Made by a program: the position numbers and the translations under genes. The notes below the pieces were generated by a model. The model made no database searches. It saw only the letters and a list, made by a program, of their open reading frames with translations, and was not told the DNA's origin. DNA of 64,000 bases from an uncultured Mucilaginibacter sp. (GTDB lineage: Bacteria; Bacteroidota; Bacteroidia; Sphingobacteriales; Sphingobacteriaceae), in contig CAJYJH010000078.1 of assembly GCA_913775265.1 (NCBI GenBank), positions 26,342-90,341 of the forward strand, written 5' to 3'. Positions 8,807 to 18,386 of the stretch are shown here, in pieces; positions within the stretch are counted from its first letter, which is position 1; each line of letters opens with the position of its first letter.

Positions 8807-9791
8807 ACTTCGCTGCTTTTTTTACCGGTGCTGCAGGTGTGCCGAAAGTTGCCGAAACCAGCCATGATGAATTTACCGGTAAGCCGTTTTGTATAGCCGG
8901 TTTCCAATTCGGAGAGGAGTTGATGGCAGCTGTAATAATTTTGTTTATTTCAGGTGTGATGTTACCCAAAAAACGTCCATAGCTCACTTTACCGGTTTTA
9001 TCTACTAGGAACGTAAGCACCCCGTTGCTCGACTTGTTTTTTAACGTAGCCGGGTACTTGAATTTCTTTTTAATGAGCGCTACAAATGCAGCATCGCCAC
9101 CTTTAAACTCAGGCGATTGCTGGCGGCGGGTATAAGCATATTTTGTGCCATTAGCCGTAACACAGTAACCGGAGATAAACTTACCATTGCTATAAGTATC
9201 CGTATAAGTCACTTTTTCGGACGGATAGTTACCATGCCATTCTCCGTCGGGTTTTCCATTTTTAATCGGCCCTTCTTCGCTTATGGCTCCGGTAGTAGTA
9301 TTGTAGTCTACATAGCGTCCGTTGCCGTCGGTTACTGTAGCAACACCCATAGTGTCCAGGCAACTGGTGATGCTTGCTCTTTCTTCGGGTAGTTTATTAG
9401 CAGCAGTATCATAAACAATGCTCAGGTGTAGTTTGCCGTTAGGATAAAATAAGTAACCTGTACCAGTTAACTGACCATTATCATACGTTAAAACCGATTC
9501 GCGTTTGCCATTAGGATAATAACTCACACACTGATCCTGCATAATCGGCGGATCAATTGCCGTTGATTTACCCATCAATTTTGGCTTGTTGTTGCGGTAG
9601 TAATCGCTTATGCCAAATAGGGTAGAGCCCGAGTCGGGCAAGGTAATTACTCTGATAAAGTCGGAACTATCAGCAGTGGGTAACTTTGACCCATCGTTTT
9701 TAAAAAAGAAAACCTGCTGTACCTTTGGCGATTGTTGTGCCCAACTGCCGGTAGCTAAAAGCAGGCAGCAAGCGGCTAAAATATATCTCAT
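8805..9791 (-). CDS. Secreted protein with MORN-like/YwqK repeats and a C-terminal TonB_C-like domain
   Basis: Signal peptide SWA-Q; YYPNGK/FYPNGK repeats; C-terminal PEFKGG...KYP...FLVDKTGKV...WKPAIQNG.PV. Confidence 0.7.
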   Translation of the reverse strand: MRYILAACCLLLATGSWAQQSPKVQQVFFFKNDGSKLPTADSSDFIRVITLPDSGSTLFGISDYYRNNKPKLMGKSTAIDPPIMQDQCVSYYPNGKRESVLTYDNGQLTGTGYLFYPNGKLHLSIVYDTAANKLPEERASITSCLDTMGVATVTDGNGRYVDYNTTTGAISEEGPIKNGKPDGEWHGNYPSEKVTYTDTYSNGKFISGYCVTANGTKYAYTRRQQSPEFKGGDAAFVALIKKKFKYPATLKNKSSNGVLTFLVDKTGKVSYGRFLGNITPEINKIITAAINSSPNWKPAIQNGLPVNSSWLVSATFGTPAAPVKKAAK

Positions 9792-9823
9792 CAAATTAAT
9801 TCAATTAAATCAGGGTGCCTAAT

Positions 9824-10174
9824 TTATCGAATTAATTTATTATCTGTATCAGGAAATATCAAAATAGGCTCGTACTGGCGGGCTTCGTCTTGTTCCATAT
9901 AAGCGTATGACATGATAATCACAATATCGCCTACCTGTGCCAGCCGTGCGGTTGCGCCGTTAAGGCAAATGGTACCACTGCCGCGCTCGCCTCTAATTAC
10001 ATAAGTTTCAAAACGCGCACCATTGTTATTGTTAACAATCTGTACCTTTTCGTTAGGGATAATATTCGCCGCCTCTATTAAATCCTCGTCAATGGTAATG
10101 CTGCCTACATAATTTAGTTCGGCCTGCGTTACTTTAGCACGATGAATTTTAGATTTCAACACCTCAATAATCAT
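9824..10174 (-). CDS. panD: Aspartate 1-decarboxylase
   Basis: [21 protein letters not shown] cleavage site; [16 protein letters not shown]. Confidence 0.97.
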   Translation of the reverse strand: MIIEVLKSKIHRAKVTQAELNYVGSITIDEDLIEAANIIPNEKVQIVNNNNGARFETYVIRGERGSGTICLNGATARLAQVGDIVIIMSYAYMEQDEARQYEPILIFPDTDNKLIR

Positions 10175-10210
10175 AAAGCAAAGTTAGTAATTAAATATAA
10201 CAGCGTGTTA

Positions 10211-11050
10211 TCACTGTATTATCACATTATCAATGAGGCGGGTATGGCCAACCCGGGCAGCCACAAGCGCTACTAAAGTTTTGCTTTGTGCAGTGGCCGG
10301 TTGCAGGGTTTGCCCATCGGCTAATTCAAAATACTCTAATTGTGTATCCGGCTCATTGCTGATCATTGCTGAAGCCTGTTCTTCGATTTTATCAACAGAT
10401 TGGCCTGCCGTATAATCTGCTTTGGCCTGTTGCAAGGCTCGATATAAAACCAAAGCATGCTGGCGATCAGTGGTTGATAAATGTATGTTCCTCGAACTCA
10501 TAGCCAAGCCATCGGTTTCACGCTCAATAGCGCACATCACAATTTCTACCGGTAGGTTCAACAATTCTACCATGCGGTTAATCACCATGACCTGCTGATA
10601 ATCTTTCTGCCCAAAAAATGCCACATCAGGATGCACAATGCTGAAAAGCTTGTTTACCACTTGCGTTACGCCCTGGTAGTGTCCGGGTCGGAATTTACCT
10701 TCCAGTAAATGCTCCAGCTCTCCAATCTTGAGGTGCCACTCCTCAGAGCCATCATACATCTCGGTAACCGGCGGATTAAACAACACATCGCATCCGGTTT
10801 GCTCAAGCTTTAAAATATCGGCTTCAATAGGCCGGGGGTATTTCTCCAGATCTTTTGGATCGTTAAACTGAGTAGGATTTACAAATATACTGCATACTAC
10901 AACATCAGTCTGTTGTTTGGCTTGGGCAATCAGGGATAAATGCCCTTGGTGCAGTGCGCCCATAGTAGGTACGAAACCAATCTTTTTACCGTCGGCTTGC
11001 AGTTGTTTGAGGTACTCACTAACCTCGTTTTTGGTGGTAAATATTTTCAA
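10211..11050 (-). CDS. panC: Pantoate--beta-alanine ligase
   Basis: PTMGALHQGH, SIFVNPTQF, RPGHYQGV, FGQKDYQQ, GLAMSSRN, RLIDN; TTG start. Confidence 0.97.
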   Translation of the reverse strand: MKIFTTKNEVSEYLKQLQADGKKIGFVPTMGALHQGHLSLIAQAKQQTDVVVCSIFVNPTQFNDPKDLEKYPRPIEADILKLEQTGCDVLFNPPVTEMYDGSEEWHLKIGELEHLLEGKFRPGHYQGVTQVVNKLFSIVHPDVAFFGQKDYQQVMVINRMVELLNLPVEIVMCAIERETDGLAMSSRNIHLSTTDRQHALVLYRALQQAKADYTAGQSVDKIEEQASAMISNEPDTQLEYFELADGQTLQPATAQSKTLVALVAARVGHTRLIDNVIIQ

Positions 11051-11146
11051 CTAAAAAATAATTAAAAAAGCGGGCAAAGGTGTGTATTTGCAAGCTTAAA
11101 ACCAAAACTACTTGCATAAATCGTTGATAGTTCATAAGATAATGTG

Positions 11147-11154
11147 TATATTTG
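11147..11154 (+). promoter_or_regulatory. Bacteroidetes -7 element for the GT5-like/DUF4270 genes
   Basis: TATATTTG about 55 bp upstream of the ATG at 11209. Confidence 0.55.
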
Positions 11155-11208
11155 CACTCTCAAATTTTATTTGAACTTCTTTACATATAACTTAATTTTG
11201 ATATAGAG

Positions 11209-12033
11209 ATGGGTAAATCTAAGCTTTTGTTCATAACTCATGAAATGTCTCCCTTCCTTGAACTCACAAAGATTTCTGAAATAACGCGCCAGCTTCCGCA
11301 GGCTATGCAAGACAAAGGCTTTGAGATTCGTATTTTGATGCCGCGCTTCGGGAACATTAATGAACGCAGGAACAGGCTTCACGAGGTGATACGGTTGTCG
11401 GGAATGAATATCATTATTAATGACAATGATAATCCGCTGATTATTAAAGTAGCTTCTATACCGGCAGCTCGTATGCAGGTGTACTTCTTGGATAATGAAG
11501 AGTATTTTCAGCGCAAGCATGTGTTTGGCGATAAAGACGGAAAGTTTTATGCCGATAACGATGAGCGCATGATCTTCTTCTGTAAAGGTGCGTTGGAAAC
11601 TGTTAAAAAATTAGGCTGGTCGCCTGATGTGGTACATTGCCATGGTTGGATGAGTGCCCTGGTGCCAACTTATCTTAAAACAACGTATAAAGATGATCCG
11701 ACGTTTAAGCACTCTAAAGTAGTTTATTCAATTTACGAAAATGCTTTTACCGATAGCTTAAACCCTGATTTTGCCCGCAAAGCAGTGATGAGCGACATGA
11801 CCGAGCAGCATACTGAAACATTTAAGCCAGGAACTAATAATGCCTTACACGAAGGTGCTGTGCAATACAGTGATGCCGTGATTTTGGCCAGCGAAAGCAT
11901 AGATACAGAAGTGTTAAATTATGTTAAAAACAGCCAAAAACCTGTTTTAGAATTTGATTCGACAGCTGATTTCGAAAATTATTACAATTTTTACGACGAA
12001 ATTACCACTGATGAGCTGGTAGACGTTGCATAA
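11209..12033 (+). CDS. Glycogen/starch-synthase N-terminal-domain (Glyco_transf_5)-only protein
   Basis: EIRILMPRFG, VYFLDNEEYF.R, DNDERMIFF, PDVVHCHGW..ALVP.YL, VYSIY; 274 aa, with no second GT-B domain. Confidence 0.8.
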   Translation: MGKSKLLFITHEMSPFLELTKISEITRQLPQAMQDKGFEIRILMPRFGNINERRNRLHEVIRLSGMNIIINDNDNPLIIKVASIPAARMQVYFLDNEEYFQRKHVFGDKDGKFYADNDERMIFFCKGALETVKKLGWSPDVVHCHGWMSALVPTYLKTTYKDDPTFKHSKVVYSIYENAFTDSLNPDFARKAVMSDMTEQHTETFKPGTNNALHEGAVQYSDAVILASESIDTEVLNYVKNSQKPVLEFDSTADFENYYNFYDEITTDELVDVA

Positions 12034-12048
12034 GATTTGAAAAGACAT

Positions 12049-13473
12049 ATGAAATTTTTTCGGATAGACTTATTAACCTTGTTGATAAGTCTTTTTATTT
12101 TAGGAAGTTGTAAAAACCAGAATGATATTGGATTGCCGGTAGGCGACCAGCAGATTAATGGTACCCTGTTGGTATATGATGACATTACGGTGAAAACCGA
12201 TACAGATAATGTTTATGTACAAGCACCTGGTGCAAACGGTACAAAAGTGCCATTATCTGATTTAAATGATAATATTTTAGGAACAACTGAATCTGGAATA
12301 GCTGCTGCGCTTAATTTGCCGGCCAGCTCGGCATATACTGTACCTACGGGTACCGTAACCACAGATTCGGTAGTGATGGAGTTGCGTTACGCGGATGGTT
12401 TTTATGGTGATTCTTTAAATTCAAAATATCGTGTAAGTGTTTATCCGCTCAAAGAGAAAATCAGTCAGCCTGCTTACTACACAAACAGAACTTGGAATTA
12501 CGACTCATTAGCAACCTTAAACAGTACAAATGCTGCTATTAACATCAGGCCCAAAACTCAAGTTCGCATATTCAACGTCATTAAAGGAGCGCCTGATACA
12601 CTTAGAAATGTAGCAGCTCAGCTGCGTTTGCGTTTAAACAATAGTACTATTCCTAATTTGCTGTTTAATAACGCAACTGCAGTTACCTCTACCACTGCAT
12701 TTCAAAATGCATTTAATGGTATTTATCTCAGGTTAAAACGTGATCAGGCAGGGCAAGTAGGCGGTACAGCCATGTTTAATTTGGACTCGAGCAGGGTAAA
12801 TGTTTATTACCGTGTGATGAATAATGGCGTTACTGATACCTCGGTAGTTAGTTTACCTGTCATCAGCAATGTTCCTTATGTAAAGCCCCGCTATAATGCT
12901 TATCCGGCTGTGGTAAAAAGTGCACTGACGTCTACAGCTTCCGATCAAACATTCTATTTGCAGGGACTGGCCGGTTTACGTGCTAAAGTAAGTTTTCCTA
13001 ATTTAAAAACTATGTTTGGCTCGGCAGATGTTAATAGCATTGCTATTAACAGGGCAGAATTAGTTATTACACCTAAGCCTGGCACTTATTTGCCTCCCTT
13101 TGTACCGCAACCGCAATTAACAATGTATAGGTTGGATATTGCCAAACAGCGGCAGCTATTGCCTGATGCTAATGGTAGCAACACCCAAGGGGCTTTAGAT
13201 CCCCGTTTCTTCTCAACGGCGGTATTTGGAGGCTATTTCTTAAATGTTCAAAAAGAATATCATTTTGTGATTACCGGTTACCTTCAGGATTTACTAAAAG
13301 GGCGGCTAACAGATTATGGTACTTACATTGGTACCATTGATGCAACAGCACAAACATCGGCAGTCGCCGTCGGTTCAACCTTACAAACTGCTGGCAGGGT
13401 GGTTGCGGTTGGTACAGATAAATCCTCGCCATATCGATTAAAACTTAATATCATTTATACCAAAAACAATTAA
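12049..13473 (+). CDS. DUF4270 family lipoprotein
   Basis: Lipobox LGSC; YLQGLAG..AKVSFP, INRAELVI, LKLNIIYT C-terminus; usual position between the GT5-like gene and glmS. Confidence 0.75.
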   Translation: MKFFRIDLLTLLISLFILGSCKNQNDIGLPVGDQQINGTLLVYDDITVKTDTDNVYVQAPGANGTKVPLSDLNDNILGTTESGIAAALNLPASSAYTVPTGTVTTDSVVMELRYADGFYGDSLNSKYRVSVYPLKEKISQPAYYTNRTWNYDSLATLNSTNAAINIRPKTQVRIFNVIKGAPDTLRNVAAQLRLRLNNSTIPNLLFNNATAVTSTTAFQNAFNGIYLRLKRDQAGQVGGTAMFNLDSSRVNVYYRVMNNGVTDTSVVSLPVISNVPYVKPRYNAYPAVVKSALTSTASDQTFYLQGLAGLRAKVSFPNLKTMFGSADVNSIAINRAELVITPKPGTYLPPFVPQPQLTMYRLDIAKQRQLLPDANGSNTQGALDPRFFSTAVFGGYFLNVQKEYHFVITGYLQDLLKGRLTDYGTYIGTIDATAQTSAVAVGSTLQTAGRVVAVGTDKSSPYRLKLNIIYTKNN

Positions 13474-13510
13474 AACGAAACGCCTTCAAAACCTGAAGGC
13501 GTTTCGTTTT
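13472..13510 (+). terminator. Terminator after the DUF4270 gene
   Basis: AAAACGAAACGCCTTCA / TGAAGGCGTTTCGTTTT, 17-bp stem. Confidence 0.8.
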
Positions 13511-13604
13511 ATACAGAGCTTGCATTTGCTCAAACGTTTTACGTAAAAATACAATTATGCAGATAAGCGCATTTTGATACCTTTACAGTTTTACCATTTA
13601 TACT

Positions 13605-15440
13605 ATGTGTGGAATTGTAGGATATATTGGCTATAGAGATGCCTATCCGATTGTAATTAAAGGTTTACACCGTTTAGAATATCGTGGATATGACAGTGCA
13701 GGCGTAGCCCTGCTTGATAATGAACTTAAGGTTTATAAAAAGGCGGGCAAGGTTAGTGATCTAGAAAAGTTTGCCAAAGAATTAAACACCCAGGGTTCGC
13801 TGGGTATGGGGCATACCCGTTGGGCTACCCACGGTGCTCCGAGCGACCGTAACTCGCACCCGCATTCTTCCGGAGACCGTAAGCTAACCATTATTCACAA
13901 TGGCATTATCGAAAATTATGCGATTCTTAAAGAAGCATTGCTAGCCAAGGGGCATATATTTAAAAGTGATACCGATACCGAAGTATTAATACATTTTATT
14001 GAAGATATACAACAGGAAACCGGCTTAGAGTTACGTGAGGCTGTTCGTATTGCCTTAAACCAGGTAGTAGGCGCCTATGCCATCGTCATTATGAGTGCTG
14101 ATGACCCGGATCAGCTGATTGCTGCACGTAAGGGTAGCCCCATGGTGATCGGTGTAGGAGAGGGAGAATATTTTATTGCATCAGATGCTACTCCTATTGT
14201 GGAGTATACCAAAAATGTGATTTACCTGAACGATAACGAAATTGCATACATCCGTCGGGGGGATTTATTGATCAAAAATATTGATAATACCATTCAGGTA
14301 CCATACATACAAAAACTTGAATTGCAGTTAGAGATGCTCGAAAAAGGCGGCTACGAGCATTTTATGCTCAAAGAAATCTATGAGCAGCCTCGTTCTGTGC
14401 GCGACTGTATGCGTGGGCGTATTTATCCGCAACAAGGTAAAGTTCAATTAGGCGGACTCAAAGAGTACGCCGATAAGCTTCGAAACATTGACCGAATTAT
14501 TATTGTGGCCTGTGGTACATCGTGGCATGCTGGATTGGTAGCTGAGTATTTAATTGAAGAGTATGCCCGTGTTCCGGTAGAAGTGGAGTATGCTTCGGAG
14601 TTTAGGTACCGTAATCCTATCATTAGCGAAAAAGATTTAGTTATTGCTATCTCACAATCTGGTGAAACTGCTGATACTATGGCGGCCATTGAGCTTGCTA
14701 AAGAACGCGGCGCTACCATTTTTGGTGTTTGTAACGTGGTGGGCTCATCTATTCCACGCACTACACATGCCGGGGTATACACGCATGCGGGTCCGGAGAT
14801 TGGTGTAGCATCTACAAAGGCATTTACAGCACAGGTAAGTGTTTTAACATTGATCGCATTCTATACTGCCCAGATCAGAGGAACTATTGCGACCAGCAAG
14901 CTGGTTGAGTTTTTAACTGAATTAGATGAGATTCCTGATCTGATTGAAAAGGCTTTAAAGTCCGAAGAGCACATTAAAAAAATTGCCTTCGATTTCCAAA
15001 ACAGTCATAATTGCTTGTTTTTGGGTAGGGGCAGTTCGTTCCCGGTAGCCTTGGAAGGTGCACTTAAACTAAAAGAAATTTCATACATACATGCTGAGGG
15101 CTATCCTGCGGCCGAAATGAAGCACGGGCCGATTGCCTTGATTGATGAAGAAATGCCGGTAGTAGTAATCGCGACTCAGCATTCATCTTATGAGAAGGTA
15201 ATCAGTAATATACAGGAAGTAAAAGCCCGTGGCGGTCGTTTAATAGCCATTGTAACCGAAGGTGATACAGAGGTGAGAAATATGGCCGATTATGTGATTG
15301 AAATACCGCAAACAGCTGAGGCTTTTGTACCGTTGGTTGCAACTATACCACTACAGTTATTATCATATCATATTGCAGTGTTACGTGGGTGTAACGTTGA
15401 CCAGCCTCGTAATTTGGCAAAGTCAGTCACCGTCGAGTAG
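13605..15440 (+). CDS. glmS: Glutamine--fructose-6-phosphate aminotransferase
   Basis: MCGIVG N-terminal Cys, LEYRGYDSAG, GHTRWATHG, SQSGETADT, EGALKLKEISY, PRNLAKSVTVE. Confidence 0.98.
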   Translation: MCGIVGYIGYRDAYPIVIKGLHRLEYRGYDSAGVALLDNELKVYKKAGKVSDLEKFAKELNTQGSLGMGHTRWATHGAPSDRNSHPHSSGDRKLTIIHNGIIENYAILKEALLAKGHIFKSDTDTEVLIHFIEDIQQETGLELREAVRIALNQVVGAYAIVIMSADDPDQLIAARKGSPMVIGVGEGEYFIASDATPIVEYTKNVIYLNDNEIAYIRRGDLLIKNIDNTIQVPYIQKLELQLEMLEKGGYEHFMLKEIYEQPRSVRDCMRGRIYPQQGKVQLGGLKEYADKLRNIDRIIIVACGTSWHAGLVAEYLIEEYARVPVEVEYASEFRYRNPIISEKDLVIAISQSGETADTMAAIELAKERGATIFGVCNVVGSSIPRTTHAGVYTHAGPEIGVASTKAFTAQVSVLTLIAFYTAQIRGTIATSKLVEFLTELDEIPDLIEKALKSEEHIKKIAFDFQNSHNCLFLGRGSSFPVALEGALKLKEISYIHAEGYPAAEMKHGPIALIDEEMPVVVIATQHSSYEKVISNIQEVKARGGRLIAIVTEGDTEVRNMADYVIEIPQTAEAFVPLVATIPLQLLSYHIAVLRGCNVDQPRNLAKSVTVE

Positions 15441-15460
15441 GAAGGCTAATTTCTAAATAC

Positions 15461-15507
15461 AAAGGCCGCTAAATATTCAAGTATAAATTGAACGTTTAGC
15501 GGCCTTT
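15461..15507 (+). terminator. Terminator after glmS
   Basis: AAAGGCCGCTAAA / TTTAGCGGCCTTT inverted repeat. Confidence 0.75.
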
Positions 15508-15605
15508 ACTGTATTCCGAGATATTGTAAACTTAACAATAAAAAAACCTGTAAAATCAATAAATAAAAATGATACAATCTATATTTGCTTATAGGTTTTA
15601 TAGAT

Positions 15606-16541
15606 ATGACTATTACGCAGCTTGAATACATCGTGGCCGTTGACACTTACAAAAGCTTTGTGCTTGCGGCAGATAAATGTTTTGTAACGCAACCTACCCT
15701 AAGTATGCAGATACAAAAACTGGAAGATGTACTCGGCGTAAAAATATTTGACCGTACCCGGCAACCCGTAGTGGCTACTGAGGTGGGGATGGAAATTATA
15801 TCTCAGGCACGCATTATGCTGGCCGAAAGCTATAAAATCAAAGAGATTATAACCGACCGGCAGAAAGAGCTTACCGGAGAATTGAAGATCGGTATTATAC
15901 CAACCATCGCGCCTTATCTGCTGCCCCGCCTTATTGGCCGGTTTGTCGAAAAATATCCGCAAGTAAAACTGGTAGTTTGGGAGCAAAATACAGAGAGCAT
16001 TATTCAACAGCTAAAACTGGGGGTGATTGATTGCGGAATTCTGTCGACGCCACTTCGCGAGAACAGTCTGACCGAAATACCAGTGTTTTACGAAAATTTT
16101 GTGGCTTATGTATCTAAAGCCAGCAAGCTCTATAAAAAGAAAAATATCAGCGCAGAGGATATTGATATAGAAGAACTGTGGGTACTTGACGAAGGGCATT
16201 GCATGCGCGAACAGGTATTAAACATCTGCCAGCGGCGCAAATCGACCAAAGGCTTTCAACATTTTGAGTATAATACTGGTAGTGTTGATACTTTAAAGCG
16301 GATGGTTGACCAAAATGATGGAGCTACCATTTTGCCTGAGCTGGCGTTAGATGATTTAAGCGACAAGAACCTGGAAAAGATACGCTATTTTAAATCGCCT
16401 GAACCGGCCCGTGAGGTAAGCATTGTCATACAGCGTAACTTTTTAAAGCGACGCATGATTGAGGCCTTAAAGAATGAAATTCTGCACTTCATTCCTAAAA
16501 AACTGAAAACCAAAAAGAAGAAAGAAGTAATGGATATATAG
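15606..16541 (+). CDS. oxyR: LysR-family H2O2-sensing regulator, OxyR-like
   Basis: LysR HTH (CFVTQPTLSMQIQKLE); EGHCMREQVLNIC carries both redox Cys nine residues apart; ATG at 15606 follows TATATTTG at 15580. Confidence 0.85.
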   Translation: MTITQLEYIVAVDTYKSFVLAADKCFVTQPTLSMQIQKLEDVLGVKIFDRTRQPVVATEVGMEIISQARIMLAESYKIKEIITDRQKELTGELKIGIIPTIAPYLLPRLIGRFVEKYPQVKLVVWEQNTESIIQQLKLGVIDCGILSTPLRENSLTEIPVFYENFVAYVSKASKLYKKKNISAEDIDIEELWVLDEGHCMREQVLNICQRRKSTKGFQHFEYNTGSVDTLKRMVDQNDGATILPELALDDLSDKNLEKIRYFKSPEPAREVSIVIQRNFLKRRMIEALKNEILHFIPKKLKTKKKKEVMDI

Positions 16542-16639
16542 AACAGGATTACTGTTTTGCGAAATTCATAACAAAAAAGTCACACAGGGTTTTAATAGCA
16601 ATGCTGATATTTGGATTTTTTAACAAACAAATGCTCAGC

Positions 16640-18295
16640 ATGAATTTTAAATACAAGCTTTTAGCTGTTCTTGCTTTTATTTCTGCGTTTGCTACGGCAC
16701 AAAAGGCCAAGCCTGCCGGCAGCGCTTATACTTTAAATCGCCCTAAATTGGTCGTAGGTTTGGTAGTCGACCAGATGCGTTGGGATTATCTTTATCGTTT
16801 CAATGATCGTTACGAGGCTGGCGGTTTCCGTCGTTTACTGGGCGAAGGTTTCACTTGCGAGAATACGCATATAGATTATTTACCTACTGAGACCGGTCCG
16901 GGCCATACTTGTATTTACACCGGTTCTGTGCCTTCTATCCATGGCATTGCCGCCAATAATTTTTTTATACAGTCTACCGGCCGGTATATGTATTGTGCCG
17001 AAGATACTACGGTACAAACTGTAGGTTCAACGTCGCCGGCCGGTATGATGTCGCCGCGTAACATGCAGGCCAGCACTATTACTGATGAATTGAAGATGGC
17101 CACCAATTTTCGTTCTAAAGTAATCGGTATTGCTTTAAAAGATCGTGGTAGTATATTGCCTGCAGGCCATACCCCTGATGGTGCTTACTGGTTTGATGAT
17201 GCCTCGGGTAACTGGATTACCAGTACATACTATATCAAAAGCTTACCTGCCTGGGTTGATCAGTTTAATAGCAAAAAACTGGTGAGCACCTATTTAAGCA
17301 AGCCTTGGAATACCCTATACCCGATAGATAGCTATAAACAAAGTACGGCCGACAATACGCCATTTGAGGGCGCTTATCGTGGCGAAACTGCACCGGTATT
17401 TCCGCATAATATACCGTCGCTTAAAGGAAAAGATTTTAGTGCCATCCGCAGTAACCCTTATGGTAACACCTTTACGCTTGATTTTGCTAAAGCTGCGATG
17501 GAGGCCGAGCGTTTAGGGCAAGGCACGCAGACCGACTTTTTGGCTGTAAGTTTATCATCAACCGATTATATTGGTCACCAATTCGGACCTAATTCTATCG
17601 AGGCAGAAGACGTATATTTACGTCTGGACCATGATATAGCCGCTTTTTTCACTTACCTGGATGGCAAATTGGGTAAAGGGAACTATACCGTTTTCTTATC
17701 GGCCGATCATGGTGCCGCTAACAACAGTACTTTCCTGAAAGAGCATAACATCCCTACAGGTTTGTTTGATGGCACTGCTGCAGTGAATGAGCTTAACCGC
17801 ATTATAGAAAAAGAAGACAATATTAAACGTGCGGTATTGAGTTTTGACAACTACCAGATAAACTTTAATAATGTAGCTATTGCTGCCGGTAAAGGCAATA
17901 TGGCCAAACTTAAACAAGAGTGCACCGATTGGTTAAGCAAGCAGCCAGGCGTGTTATATGTGGTAGATATGCAAAGAATACAGGAAGCCAGCATTCCTGC
18001 TGATTTACGCGAGCGGATTATTAACGCTTACAACTCAGAGCGCAGTGGAAGCATCCAGGTAGTGATGAAACCGGGATGGTATGCCAGCCGTAGCCGTACC
18101 GGTACATCGCATGGGGTTAGCTCGCCTTATGACACCCACATTCCATTAATTTTTATGGGTTGGGGAATACAGCATGGTAGCTTAAATCGCGATACGCATA
18201 TGACTGATATTTCGGCTACTTTGGCCGCCCTCTTGCACATCCAAATGCCAAGTGGTTGCATTGGTAAAGTAATACCTGAAGCTTTAAAGAAGTAA
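16640..18295 (+). CDS. pafA: Alkaline phosphatase superfamily enzyme, PafA-like
   Basis: PKLVVGLVVDQMRWDY, Thr-nucleophile motif PTETGPGH, D..GH.FGP, ADHG, HG..SPYDTHIP; start uncertain (16601, 16631 or 16640). Confidence 0.85.
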   Translation: MNFKYKLLAVLAFISAFATAQKAKPAGSAYTLNRPKLVVGLVVDQMRWDYLYRFNDRYEAGGFRRLLGEGFTCENTHIDYLPTETGPGHTCIYTGSVPSIHGIAANNFFIQSTGRYMYCAEDTTVQTVGSTSPAGMMSPRNMQASTITDELKMATNFRSKVIGIALKDRGSILPAGHTPDGAYWFDDASGNWITSTYYIKSLPAWVDQFNSKKLVSTYLSKPWNTLYPIDSYKQSTADNTPFEGAYRGETAPVFPHNIPSLKGKDFSAIRSNPYGNTFTLDFAKAAMEAERLGQGTQTDFLAVSLSSTDYIGHQFGPNSIEAEDVYLRLDHDIAAFFTYLDGKLGKGNYTVFLSADHGAANNSTFLKEHNIPTGLFDGTAAVNELNRIIEKEDNIKRAVLSFDNYQINFNNVAIAAGKGNMAKLKQECTDWLSKQPGVLYVVDMQRIQEASIPADLRERIINAYNSERSGSIQVVMKPGWYASRSRTGTSHGVSSPYDTHIPLIFMGWGIQHGSLNRDTHMTDISATLAALLHIQMPSGCIGKVIPEALKK

Positions 18296-18311
18296 CCGAT
18301 ACCGTAATAAT

Positions 18312-18349
18312 TAAAACGGCTCCTTATTAATTAGTAAGGAGCCATTTTA
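18312..18349. terminator. Bidirectional terminator
   Basis: TAAAA.GGCTCCTTA / TAAGGAGCC.TTTTA between convergent genes. Confidence 0.7.
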
Positions 18350-18386
18350 ATATAGATCGATTCTACTTTTGATATTCAGTATTGCT

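Noticed and set aside
13511-13604. glmS ribozyme upstream of glmS
   Set aside because: The spacer is under 100 nt, AT-rich and lacks the AGCGCC...GACGAGG core.
15560-15605. OxyR autoregulatory ATAG-N7-CTAT box
   Set aside because: CTAT and ATAG words are present but the spacing does not fit, and the region is AT-rich enough for chance matches.
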